From assembly GCF_006345805.1 (NCBI RefSeq), contig NC_042998.1, positions 153,078,001 to 153,142,000 of the forward strand: DNA of 64,000 bases, read 5' to 3'. The notes beneath the pieces are model-generated. The model saw only the letters and a list, made by a program, of their open reading frames with translations. It searched no databases and was not told where the DNA came from. The DNA comes from Octopus sinensis. Its lineage: Eukaryota. Numbering within the stretch: the first letter of the stretch is position 1; every line of letters starts with the position of its first letter. The position numbers were made by a program, and so were the translations under genes. This document shows, one piece after another, positions 38,750-51,885 of the stretch.

Positions 38750-41700
38750 GCAATATATTTTTGAAAAATTGCATGTAAAGTGGGGTCAAACAAACAGCAA
38801 GGGCAAATCGGGAACTACAATACAAAGAAACAGTAATTCTTTACCACAACCACTACTATTTAATAAACTTTATTGAAAATGAGTCTTGGAAAGTCATCTT
38901 TTTGAGGTATATGCATCCTTCAATAATTATACGGGCTATTTCTTTGAAGGAAAGTGTAAATGTAGATTAATACCAAATGTTTTTCAAAGACCTATATATT
39001 TTTCTTATTGACTCATTTCCATGATTAAAAAATAAACACCTTCAGAGTCCAATGGAGACCAGTATTGCACTAACTTTACAGATGCTCTTGATCACAGTTG
39101 AGAAATAATTGAGCTAGATGGTTGTTTTGAATTGGATCTCTGGATCAATCAGGGCTGGAAGACTGTCATAAATAAAACAATATGTTTGAACCAATCTATC
39201 ATGCAAAATTAGTCAAAATGCCAACCTTATTGACACAATCAGGAGATTGTGGATTTCCAGTAATCCTGATGCTGGCATAGAAAAAAAAATAGTAGCAAAA
39301 AAAAAAATGTTGTATACAAGGACATTCAAACCATTACTACAATAAAAATATGGCAGAAACTGAAATTGATGATGATGAAAGCTTACTTCATTATTTAACA
39401 TCTGAGTGATTATTATAATGTTATTGTTGAACTCAATGTCTTTTACCTCTGGCTATTTTTGTAGGATATGGGTAGTATTTTTCTAAAATATAGGCTTTCT
39501 TGGTACATATTAAGGAATATTAGATTTTTTTGTTGCAGAGCAAGTATTTAAGTTAGTTGGGATATTATATGCAAAACTGCTTTCTTGAGTTAAAGTGATT
39601 GCTTCATACACACTTAACACCTACCTAGCTGGACTGGGGAAATATGTGCAACATCCATCTAGTCTCATTTCTGGAAGCTCGTTCGCAAAATTTTGATATT
39701 TAAATTTGGAGATGAAGACGAGTTGATACAAAATTTGTTATATGTTGCACCGTTCATGAGGTCTTGGTTTCAATTAAATATTGTTTTTTGGCTCCAGGAG
39801 ATTTCTCAGTATTTTTTAAATGGATGTTTTTTTTATGCATTTCTCAGATTAAGTACCGAAGTTCAGTATTGGCTGACTCAGTTTAATTTTTTTGAGATAT
39901 TAAATACAAACTCAAACTTTTTGAAATTCTGAAGTACTCTAGTCACAAGCTAAATTTTCTCACATATATCTTTACATTTTGCCTTGTATTTTTAAAATTG
40001 GAAAAATCCCACTATTTTTTGAAAGCTTTTACTGTAGGCTTACAAAATAATATATGGCTCAATATTGGGACTAACCCAGTTTTCAAGTTATTTTTACATT
40101 TGAGCCTAAATATTATTCCTAAAAACGAACAATTTTCTTGATTTCTTGGCAGATAAGAAAGCAGATAAGATACTTTTTCCATCAGGTAAATGGCCCTGAT
40201 CAATGTGCAGGAAAGGAGTGGGAAGTAATTCCATTTGCTGCACCCAGTGTAAGCAATGGACACAAGAGATGCAGTGGAATCACAGGTAGGTTAACAGATA
40301 TCACTTTTGTGCCTGGCAGATTTGCAGGAGCAAATAAGCACAAAGAGCACACAGGGCTTGAACTATCACAAATGCCCAGGAGCCTCTTTTGAGGTAGTAG
40401 ATAGTCTACTTAGGTGACCAAATTAGTAACAGTGGTGGATGCTCTGAAAGCATTGCTTCTAAAATAATAGGATGGAGAAAGCTCAAAGAACTACTACCTC
40501 TGTTGGCAACAAAAGGACTCTCTCTCAGAGTGAAAGATAGATTGTATGATGCTTGTGTACAAATGGCTATATTCCATTGTAGTGAGGCATGGTCTTTAAA
40601 CGTAGAGAACATGCATAGACTGGAGAGGAGTTAAGGTAGTAAGCTCTGTTGGATTTGTAACATCAGTGTGCATTGCTGACAAAGCGTAAATGCACTTGAG
40701 AGAAGTTAGGCATAAGAAGGATTAAATGTGACATGCAGGAGAGGAGAATGTATTGGTCTGGACGTGTGATGCATATGAATAAAAACAACTGTATACAGAA
40801 GTGCCTGTCACTGAAAGTGGATGGTACCTGTGGAAGAGCCAGGAACACATGGGATAAGTGGTGAGGACTAATCTCAGGATGTTCCTCATGGAGGAAATGA
40901 CAATGGACCAAGATGTTTGGTGATATGAGGTTCAAGAGAAGACCTGCCCATGTCAGTGAAACTGAGTGCTAGAAATGTTCTGTCCCACCCACATGAATCA
41001 TCAAGTTGTGATGCACACATTGGTATATTTGATGTAAAACATTCAGATATAATCTGTTGTTATCTGCACGTATTCACAAATGATAAATAGCTCTTGATTT
41101 TTGCACAAGAACAAGTAAACTGATGGAAAAGTCAATTTCTCATTTTCTGATTTGTGATTGAATGGTACAAAGCCCAGGATTGGACTCAACACTAGCATCT
41201 ATCAAAACTAACTGGGCTGACAAGCCATATGTGAAAAGGAACAAAATGCAAAAGCTGTAAGTTATATTACAATTGTCATTGGACACCTGAAGGCTTAGGT
41301 AATTGCCACAACATTGAATCATTCCAATTCTTATTCAGTGCAACATAAAATCAATCATCTTTGAGAATTTATAAAGTTTGATGTAAGTAACTCTTCGTGA
41401 ACGGAAATGCTCAATAAAAATTATCTGTAATAAACAAAGATTGACTGTTTATTGAAGTAAACAATATTTTGACAGTATCTCTGTTTCCCTGAGGTTCAAA
41501 ATGAAAAATATGCAAAAATACAGAAATACAAAATTTGAACTGGAATATCCTGCATTCCTTTTTAAACAAAACAACACCATCAATTTTCGCTTTTTCATAA
41601 CTGATGTTAATAATACACAAATATATTTTTCCTCATATGAGGAAAAATTTCATTATTTAAGATGTTCCTCAAATTTGCTTTCGTTTGATGTAATATGTGC

Positions 41701-42245
41701 AGCAAGTTCCTGTCAAACTATTGTTATTGTGCCTGGCATCATACTGACGCTCATATTAAATTCTTTGCAACCAACGTAAATCAAGTTGTTTTTGGTGCAA
41801 TCCACTGTGTACTCCAAATGGGAATCATAACATTTCTGACATAAGCTGTGGTTCATGACTTGGTTCATGTTTTTGCACAATGAACAGGGCCTACTTCTCT
41901 TACAGCTGTTTTTTGTTGTACAGCATTAAGAAAATTCCAAGGGAGATTTTTTTGAGATTATAGGTACTGGTTAATAGTTCTTTTATATTTTTACTGCATG
42001 TAAATGCTACAAATGGCAAGTGTTCTCTTTCCTGCTTTTTATATTTTTTTTCTTTGTTACCAGCTATGAAAAAGCAAAAAAGTGAGGATGTCATTTTTTC
42101 TGAAAAGAAATGCAAGATATTCCAGTACAAATTTTGAATTTCTGCGTATTTTTTCATTTTGAACCCAAGAAAGTTAGGCATACTGTCAAAATATTGTCCG
42201 GTTCAATAAACAGAGTCAATCTCTATTTATTACAAATTGTATTGC
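38750..42245 (-). mobile_element. Ancient Neptune-type Penelope-like retroelement (decayed RT plus upstream EN/pLTR segment with inverted pLTR)
   Basis: PFVAFTCSKNIKELL, C-x5-CxxC linker (CKRSRPCSLC) and DCTKNNLIYVGC at ~41650-42030. ~190-bp inverted repeat at 41412-41608 / 42056-42245. Frameshifted RT-like motifs GNP..P/IVS (~39250), AILVS/LDSEGVY (~39050) and SSRFA...LYMQFF (~38790). Confidence 0.55.
40185..40950 (+). mobile_element. Degenerate RTE LINE 3' fragment
   Basis: HKRCSGITGRL, YLGDQISNSGGCSES, GWRKLKELLPLLATKGLSLRVKDRLYDAC. Confidence 0.82.
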
Positions 42246-42501
42246 ACTCTTCTTATTGTGTATGTTCTTTTATGAAGTGTTTCATCAATCTTCATAAATC
42301 AACATCATTATCATCACCCTCCTCCTCCTCCACAAGATTAAAAAAGTAAAAAAAAAAAAACTCTCAGTGATCTGAATCCCAAGCTAGAGATTATAAAACA
42401 TCTTGCACCTTTTTAGTGTCTGAACAAAGCCTACAAATCAATATACATCACTTTACATAATTAAAGAAAAAGTACTTTGGATATAAAGCATTGCTACTTA
42501 C

Positions 42502-44005
42502 AGATGATAAAGAACTGAAGCCTGTAGTATTCTCTTGAGGTTTACATAGTGCTTCTTCAGCACGGCTCAAAGATCCACTTAAAAGATCTCTTAGTCTTTT
42601 AAGTAATTTATGCATCCCCATTTTCTTCAAACCATGATCAACATAATCGTGATAAAATGAGGATTTTGAACCACTCTCCCCACCTGTGTCTATTTCATAA
42701 CATATATGAGAATAACTCTGGTATGAGGAGCTACGAGAAATTTTCGAGCTGCGTGATGCAGACAATTTTGTAGCAGGTGAAGTAATTAATGAAGACTGAT
42801 CACTGTCATTTAGATCAAATTTGAATTCTGGCTGTGAAAAAGTTGATTTACCTGAATCAGAGGTAAGGGACATTTGCGAAAAAGAATTAAAAGCATAATC
42901 TTCACGTGATTTTTCATCTTTTTGATTAAAGTAAGAATCTGTTTCACTATTTGGTAGTTGTGACCATGCACTCTCATACCTTCCAAGTAACAAATTATCT
43001 ATTTCCCTGTGATTTTCAAACCAAGGCCATTCTTTACGCTTCTGCACATTTTGTTGTAAGACACAACCAAGAAGACGAATTTTATGGGACAATTCTTGAG
43101 TAATATTCAACCACAAACAAAGAGATTTCACTCGATATATAAAGTGTTTCTGGTTGTACAATGGATAGACTTCACCAAGGGCTTTTGTTGTCGGAAACTG
43201 TCTCTCACAGAAATCAAGTTTATCCAAAAGTTCACTAACTTTTTTCAGAGCAAACCTTTGGGAATTCATTGTTTCTTCAGTTAATGTAAAAACATAATTA
43301 CTGCTTAAGTATGCATTTTGGAAATCAGAACTATCACAGCTAATGTCATTAATATTAGACTCTGAAAGAACAGCAGAATCATCATTATTACAGCCATTGA
43401 GCTTGAAGTTGATAATTTCATTTAGAATACCAGGAATTTTCCCCCTGTTTTGTTTGAGGATTTCCTCTTGTTCATACAAACTGACATCGTTGTACCATGC
43501 TTGAATACTGAGCCAGAGTGAATCATTATTGTTTTTTAGTTGTATATTTTCTTGAGGCTTTGAACAATTATTTGTTCGGTTTCCCAAACCAACTAAGAGT
43601 GAGAAGTGTTGATGAAATATTTTTAAACCCTGGTTTTTACTGTAGTTCTGAGGATTTGGGAATAGGAATCGATTTTTCAAATGGCTTTCTTCACTTGATG
43701 AATTATAAATTAAATGTTCTAACTGATTTGACATTAGACCATCCCTTTTGTAACTATCAGATGAAATATCTGTATCTGTCAAGTCATCAGAATCATTTGG
43801 GCTGGAATATGTAGAACTACTTTGTCCTCTGATAATTTTTACTGGAAGTCGTTTCTTCTTTACACCGTGTTTTCCCAAGCGTGGTTTCTTTCCTGTAGAT
43901 TCAAGACTTTCAATCTCAGCACTGGTGACGAAACACTGATTTTCAAGTTCAATGGAACTCATTTTTGCTTCTGGATTATCAGCATGTTGGTTTAATTCAC
44001 TACAC
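42502..44005 (-). CDS. MAP3K4: MAP3K4/MEKK4 large internal exon (N-terminal regulatory region)
   Basis: Conserved MEKK4 blocks LWLSIQAWY...IPGILNEIINFK, RVKSLCLWLNITQELSHKIRLLGCVL and YVDHGLKKMGMHKLLKRLRDLLSGSLSRAEEAL. Acceptor tttacAG ends at 44006 with an open frame CSELNQHADNPEAKM. Donor GTAAGT starts at 42501. Confidence 0.9.
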
Positions 44006-45024
44006 CTGTAAACATAATTTTTAAATAGTGAACAGAATATTTAAGTTTAAACATTTTTTGTTAAAAAAAAGAAAGAAAATCATAATAGGGATTGAGAACA
44101 CTATCAGCTCTAACATTTTGATACGCATTTGACATGTCAATTCATATCATGCCAGCCTCAATATAGCTTCCTATCATATCAATACACAAGATATTAATTA
44201 TATGTAACATTAAAATCAAAAACAAACACAATGCTAAATTAAGTAACAAAATATATTTAAAAAGTGTCTTAAGTTCACTTCTTTATCTGATGTACATAAA
44301 TTTCTTCTGTAAGTTATGATGAACAACATTTGACACATTAATTTCAATACACATGGAGAACATCTTCCATTTTACAAATACTTAAAAACAAAACTATGGC
44401 ACTAAAAGATGATACTATGATACAAGAAATGAAATCTTATTAAGAACTTTGAGGATAGATCTAAGTCACTAAAACAGACAAGGCATTGGGTTGGACAAAT
44501 TGAAATGATGCCCATATGGACCAAATATGAATGCAATTACTTTTCTTCTCTTATACACAATCAATAGGAATTTAGTAATACTGGAAAATATAAAAATGCA
44601 TAATAAAACAAGCATAGTAAAATCTTGTATTGAAAGAGAAATCTAGGGATTATTCTTCAATACTTTTACATCAAAAAATAAAAACGGAGAAAATTAATCT
44701 CATGAGAATTTGCTGCCAAACACAAAAGAAAAAAATGTGAACATTATTTTGATAACTTGACAGACACTTGGAACAAAGCTGTTTAATATATACATATATA
44801 AATAGATAAATATGTACATATGTATATATACATAATTAAAATCACAATAAGGATGAAAAAAATTGAATATTAATTAATAACTTCAATTAAAAACGCCAAG
44901 TGGTCTAGCGTATAAAAAAACTGGGATACAGTAAAAATTATTAATACAAATAATAAGAGAGAGTTCACCATGTGGTCACTCGAACGCTAGAAATAGATCC
45001 GCAAAGGGAATCTGCCACTAAAAC

Positions 45025-45068
<44 letters not shown>

Positions 45069-45091
45069 TAAATAGATAAATATATACACAC

Positions 45092-45126
<35 letters not shown>

Positions 45127-45129
<3 letters not shown>

Positions 45130-48100
45130 TCATCATCATCGTTTAACGTCCGTTCTCCATGCTAGCATGGGTTGGACGGTTCGACCGGGAATCTAGGAAG
45201 CCAGAAGGCTGCACCAGGCTCCAGTCTTATCTGGCAATGTTTCTACAGCTGGATGCCCTTCCTAACACCAACCACTCCATGAGTGTAGTGGGTGCCTTTT
45301 ACGTGCCACCCGCACAGGTGCCAGGCGAGGCTGGCAATGGCCACGGTCGGATTAGTGCATTTTACGTGCCACTGGCACGGAAGCCAGTCGAGGCGGCGCT
45401 GGCATCGGCCATGATTCGGATAGTGCTTTTTACGTACCACCAGTCCAGGGGTCCTGGCATCTGCCGGGTGCCAGTCATAGGATTGGTTCAATTTCGATTC
45501 CGATTTCGATTTCACTTGCCCCAACATGTCTTCACAAGCAAATGGAGTTGGCATGGGTGCCTGTCGTTGGATGAGGCTCGATATCGACTTCGCTTGCCTC
45601 AACAGGTCCTTGTGTCCAAGGGAGGAAAGGCATGCATAAGTGGGCTGGGCTCAATTGTCCTGCCTGGTCTTCTCACGTACAGCATATTTCCAAAGGTCTC
45701 GGTCGCTGGTCATTTCCTCAGTGAAGCCTAAAGTTCGAAGGTCGTGCTTTACCACCTCGTCCCAGGTTTTCCTCAACTGCTAGGGATTGGCACTTTTTCA
45801 CACACCTATCTTCATCCATTCTCGCCACATGACCATACCAGCGCAATCGTCTCTCTTGCACACCACAACTGATGCTTCTTAGGTACAACATTTCTCTCAA
45901 GGTACTAACGCTCTGTCGAGTTACACATCCATCGGAGCATACTGGCTTCATTCCTTGCGAGCTTACACATGTCCTCAGCAGTCACGGCCCATGTTTCATT
46001 GCCATGTAGCATGGCTGTTCGTACACATGCATCATACAGTCTGCCTTTTACTGTGAGCGAGAGGCCTTTAGTCACCAGCAGAGGTAAGAGCTCCCTAAAC
46101 TTTGCCCAGGCTATTCTTATTCTAGCAGTTACACTTTCAACGCACCCACCCCCACTACTGACTTGGTCACCTAGATAACAGAAGCTATCAACTACTTCTA
46201 GTTTTTACCCCTGGAAAGTGACGGAAGTTGTTTTCTGCAGATTTTTGGAGGTTAATGCTCCCGAGCATCTGCCACATACAAAAACTATCTTCCCAGTTAG
46301 CCTATCTTTCACATTGCTGCACCTCTTATGTGTCCATAGTTTACACTGGGTACATCTTATAGAGTTTCTACCTACACCTTTTCTACAAATCGAGCAGGGC
46401 CATCTTCCTGAAGACACTTGTGGATTGTCTACCTTCCTACTTATTAGTACTTTGGTTTTAGCTAGGTTGACTCTAAGGCCCCTCGATTCTAAACCCTCCT
46501 TCCACACCTGGAACTTCTCCTCCAGTTCTGATAGTGACTCAGCAATTAGAGCAAGGTCGTCAGCATACAGGAGCTCCCAGGGGCAACCTGTCTTGAATTC
46601 CTCCGTAATTGCCTGGAGGACTATGATAAATAGGAGGGGGCTGAGTACTGAACCCTGGTAGACCCCAATCTCTACTTTGAATTCTTCTGTGTACATGTTG
46701 CCAACCCTAACCTTACTTACGGCATCTCTGTACATGGCTTGCACAGCCCTCACCAGCCATTCATCTATCCCTAGTTTCCTCATTGACCACCAGATAAGGG
46801 ATCAGGGGACCCTGTCGAAGGCTTTCTCCATGTCAACAAAAGCCAGGTACAGGGGCTTATCTTTGGCTAGGTATTTCTCCTGCAGCTGCCTTACCAGGAA
46901 TGTAGCATCAGTGGTACTTTTCCCAGGCACGAACCCAAACTGCATCTCATCTAAACTAACTCTCTCTCTAATTAGTTGGGCTATGACCCTCTCCGTAACC
47001 TTGATCCAACAACTTGATACCTCTGTAATTATTTGTATCTAGGGCGTCACCTTTACCTTTGTAGCAGTTGACTAGTATGCTGCTACACCAGTCATTGGGT
47101 ATGACTCCTTCGTGTATCACCTGGTTGACTATACGGGTGACTAGGTTATAGCCGACACTGCCAGATATTTTGAGCATCTCTGCAGTAATTCCTGATGGGC
47201 CTGGGGCTTTCCCTGTCTTCATGCTTCTAATTGCTTTAACTACCAAAGAATTGTCAACTCGGATAGCTGGTCCCTCTGTTGGGTTGACATTCGGCAGACT
47301 CTCTTTATCCCATTCATTTTCTTTATTCAGCAACCTTTCATAGTGGCATCTCCAAACCTCTCTCTTTGCATCCTCATTTAGCCCAAGTGAACCATCATCC
47401 ATGTAGACACATTTCTCTCCTACCACATCACGATTCTCTCTCACACACTGTCTTGCAACATGAAATACCTCAAGTCTTTCATCCTCACGGCTCAGAACAT
47501 TGGCAAATTTTTTTCTTATCCGCTTCCCCTCTGGCTAAATAAACCTGTCTCCTAGCTTCCCTTCTGGCTGTCTGATACAATTCCCTGCTACCACCGTTCT
47601 TCCAGTCCTTCCAAGCCTGTCTCTTCTGTCTAATAGCCCTGGCAACCACAGTGTTCCACCACCACGTTACTCTGGGTCGAGATGGTACTTTGCTCCATCC
47701 ACTGATCTGGTCAGTGGCTCTCAGCAGATTGTCCCGTAGAAATCTCCAGTTGTCTTCCACATTAAGTGAAGCTATATCCCCTTCTATTTCGTCAAAGGCT
47801 TCGAGTAGTATGTCTCTAAATCTCTGTCCATTTGCAGGATCTTTAAGCTTCCAGACCCTTCTCCTCCAAGCTGATCTTCTTCTGGGCAACCATTTAGCTC
47901 TGATCCTGAAGTCGCTAACTACTAATCTATGTTGAGGAGTACATTCTTCGCCTGGAAAGGTTTTGGCATTTATAAGCAGCCCTCTTTCCCTTTTTCTGGC
48001 AAGGATGTAGTCAATCTGGCTAGTGTGTCTGCCAGAACAGTAGGTGACTAGGTGAGAGGTGGGTTTCCTGATGTTAGTATTGCAGACCATAAGGTCATTT

Positions 48101-49230
48101 GCATCGCAGAACTCCAGCAGCCTGGTTCCCTCCTCATTACGAGAGCCAAAACCATAGCCTCCATGAACGCCATGGAAGCCACCGACATGCCGTCCAACAT
48201 GTCCATTGAAATCACCTGCCACGAAGAGAAGGTCACTGTCATTTGTCAACGAGGTAGTCCGCAATAGGGTGTCATAGAATTAGTCTTTTTGTCCTTCCGG
48301 TAGCCCTGGTTGAGGGTCATATGCCGAGATGATGGTAGCTGACCTATGGTGAAGCACTAATTTAATTTTAAGTACTCTGTCACTTACTCTGACTACCTCA
48401 ATTACCTTATCTACCCATTTCTCCACAAGAAGTATACCCACGCCCCTGACCCCGTCAGTGTTCCCTGCCCAGAAAATCTTGTACCTGTGTTTCTTGCCCA
48501 TGAGGAGCCTAGCGGAACCTCCTCTCCACCTTACTTCCTGGATGCAGCATAAATCCACACGTCTCCGTTCAAGCAGCTCTACAATCTCTCCAGATCTACC
48601 TTTCAATGTGCCAACATTGAGTGTGCCAACTCTGAGGGTGTGGGAGGTGTGGGCCCCTGAGACCCTGGGATGAGGGACAGCCGTGTCATGTACCTGAAAA
48701 GAAAGCTTGCATTTGGCAGATTTCATATGGAAACACTAGACTACAACCTGCATACATTTCACAGTTTTTGCGCTAATGATCAAATAAACCCTACATAGAG
48801 GTGCGAGTGGGGGTATACTCGGGGGGGGATAGTCAAGTAAGACAGGGGTAGAAACTTCCGGTATTGCTGGAGGGGGTGGGAGAGCGGTAGAAACTTCCGT
48901 ATTGGTGGAGGGGGTGGGAGGAAGTAGAAACTTCCGGTATTGGTGGAGGGGGTGGGAGGGCGGTAGAAAATTCCGGTATTGGTGGAGGGGGTGGGAGGGC
49001 GATAGAAACTTCCGGTATTGGTGGAGGGGGTGGGAGGACGGTAAAAGCATCCGGTATTGGTGGAGGGGGTGGGAGGACGGTAGAAACTTCCGGTATTGGT
49101 GGAGGGGGTGGGAGGGCGGTAGAAACTTCCGGTATTGGTGGAGGGGGTGGGAGGGCAGGCGAACCAACCTCGAAGCAACGATTTTGAATATAATTCGTAG
49201 GGAATTCTCTGCAACAAAATTACTGAATTT
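45127..49230 (-). mobile_element. Near full-length RTE LINE with 5' tandem monomers
   Basis: Endonuclease and RT motifs as at 26490-30455 (YADDLALIA intact), with few frameshifts and a (GAT)n tail at 45127-45140. Confidence 0.94.
48847..49156. repeat. 39-bp G-rich tandem repeat, ~8 copies, in the RTE 5' UTR
   Basis: Unit ggtagaaacttccggtattggtggagggggtgggagggc. Confidence 0.9.
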
Positions 49231-50010
49231 GAGGGGGAAAATAATTAGATAATTATTAGATAAATTATATAAATAATTATATAAGAATAATAATAATAAT
49301 AATAATAATAATATTAGGGAGTATAACTTCAAACTAACAGAGAAAAATTCAATTTAGTATTAAATCAAATTTCACAATATAAATATATAAAATATAAATT
49401 AGAGATAAAACCACTATTATGCAACTCAAAACATAGCCAAACATAAATAACAAAAAAAAAATATTTTTTAAAACATATAACGAGACCTCAAAGAGTATAG
49501 AAACGAATGATCAATAATAAGTAAAATAATAAGTAAAATGATCAATAATAAGTAAAAAAAAATTAAAAGTATACACTCATCCACCCTCACTTGAAATGTA
49601 CACAACCTCACCTGCACCCGCATGTGTAGGTATGAACATGCACGCTTACGTGAATAATATGAACTTTTTTACCCCCTTACTTTTACTCCATCCCCACACT
49701 TAGCGGTCATTCAAAGAGGGCTTTTGTCTTAATAATGGTCAATCACATAGTAATTTCTGTTTGTATAATGGTCATTTTTCATAGCATCTATTCTGATGGC
49801 TGGATAACTGAACAGATGGCGGTGTGGATTTCCATCTCAGCATCTAAAACTCAGAGTTTTATTATGGCTACCAAATAATTGTTACATATTACATTTACAT
49901 ATATATACCGGAGTGTGCACATAAATGTGAAACAAGGTGGAGAAAGGAATACTCAAATACCAAAAGTAGAGTAATACACTTTATTTAAAACCAGTAGAAA
50001 TATAAGGAAA

Positions 50011-50050
50011 ACCGTTACTCGGAGTTTCATATTACCGTTCATCAGATAGT
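50011..50050 (-). ncRNA. Type I hammerhead motif (left arm of head-to-head pair)
   Basis: Minus strand reads actat-CTGATGA-acg gtaa tat-GAAA-ctccgag-TA-acggt. Confidence 0.7.
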
Positions 50051-50087
50051 TGTGTTGAGATAGAACAACTGTTCTATTTTAACAAAA

Positions 50088-50123
50088 CTGTCTGACGAAT
50101 GGGAACGTGAAACTGAGTAACAG
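50088..50123 (+). ncRNA. Type I hammerhead motif (right arm of head-to-head pair)
   Basis: ctgt-CTGACGA-atg ggaa cgt-GAAA-ctgag-TA-acag. Stem I is a perfect 4 bp, and stem II is capped by a GNRA loop. Confidence 0.75.
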
Positions 50124-50176
50124 CATTTGTTATATATCTGCTGCATTTAAACAAAGTATATATATATATATATAGA

Positions 50177-50226
<50 letters not shown>

Positions 50227-50538
50227 CATATATATATATACATATATATATATATACATATATATAATATACATATATATACATATACATATATATACAT
50301 ATACATATACATAATACAATACAATATATACATATATATACATATACATATATATTACATATACATATACATATACATATATTACATATACATATATATA
50401 CATATATATAATATATATTACTATATATATATACATATACATATATATATATAATATATACTTATATATATATATATATATCTTATTATATATATATACT
50501 TATATATATATCTATACATATAACATATATACATATAC

Positions 50539-50570
<32 letters not shown>

Positions 50571-50580
50571 CATATATATA

Positions 50581-51030
50581 TCTCTTATTATAAAAGGCAG
50601 ATTTTATCTGCCTCCCTTTGGGAGTTATACAAATCTACAATATAGGATTTCTTCAATTACAATTTACCTACCATTTTTAAGAGTACAATGCATCGCGTCA
50701 TGCCAGGTCCAGTTTTTAAAATTTAAACTCCAATTAAGCAAAATTTACAGAAAACTCACATTCTGGTGTGTGTGTCAAATGCTTTTCTTAGTCTGGTTAC
50801 ACCACCACACGCAAACGCACACACACAGTGGGCAACGAATAAAGTGAAACTAGATGTAATATTGTTTCTCTCTATCACGCTGATAGATACATGAGTAAAA
50901 TGTATGGGAAGCTAACACATAAGTGTGAGTGAAAATGTTCTTGGAAGAGAGTAAATAGCCAGAGATAGTGATTTGAGGAAGACTTTACATTCAATAACCG
51001 TAGTGGCTTGTGTTAGTAATAAAGTAAACA
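50581..51030 (+). mobile_element. Helitron-like non-autonomous element 5' part (second copy at 52623-52793 runs into the gap)
   Basis: A|TCTCTTATTATAAAAGGCAG start resembles Helitron 5' ends. Two diverged copies lie 2 kb apart. Confidence 0.55.
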
Positions 51031-51439
51031 TACACTCATACATACATACATACATACATACACACACACACATACATACATACACACACACACACATACA
51101 TACACACATACATACATACATATACATACATACATATACATACACACACACACACACACATACACACACACACAGTATTGAAGCTTGAGAACAATCAGAT
51201 ACATTTGCAACACATCTGTTGAAAATATTATTGTTCACACACATACTATATACTATATACATACAGACAGACAGACAGACACACACACACACACACACAC
51301 ACATGATCCAGCATGGCCACAACCTCAAGGCTGAAACATATAAAAGAATAACAGAATATAAATGTGTGCATGTGTGTGAGAGAGAGAGTGTGTGTGTATA
51401 TGTATGTATGTATGTATGTATGTATATATATATAATAAT

Positions 51440-51865
51440 GCGGTTTTTTCAACAGCTTGAACTAAAAGTCAGAGGGGAATGGGATAAACTACTTATATTA
51501 ACTTGCTATAAAAGCAGGTAGTAATTTTATCTTGTCCTTATTCATAGTGCAAGTTTTGAAGAGTGCATTTCGATTTTAACAGCTATTTTTTTCAAAGCTA
51601 TATTGGAACAGCCTAGAAGACGAGCCTCATCCTGAAAGATCTGTAGAACTTGACAAGGACATCCTGAAAACCCTGGTGGAACAAAATCTCATCGTAACTG
51701 TTGAGGAACTAGCAGAGAAGCTTGGATTTGGTCATTCAACCATTCATTGAGACCTGTGTGCTATCGGAAAAGTCAGCAAATTGGGTCAATGGGTTCCTCA
51801 CGAACTTTCCGAGTCTAATTGCATGCAGAGAGTGAATGTATGCTTTTCTTTGCTGTCACATCTCA
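51440..51865 (+). mobile_element. Mariner transposase remnant
   Basis: SLEDEPHPERSVELDKDILKTLVEQN...TVEELAEKLGFGHSTIH*...KLGQWVPHELS. Confidence 0.85.
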
Positions 51866-51885
51866 CCACTACTGCGCTATGTATA

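Noticed and set aside
42448-42501. ORF end VSSNALYPKYFFFNYVK as the true C-terminus of a stand-alone 504-aa protein
   Set aside because: Read-through into the intron past a consensus GTAAGT donor. MAP3K4 normally continues to a kinase domain.
48736-49332. 198-aa and overlapping repetitive ORFs; CRISPR-like appearance
   Set aside because: Products of a 39-bp tandem repeat with no unique spacers, in a eukaryotic LINE UTR.
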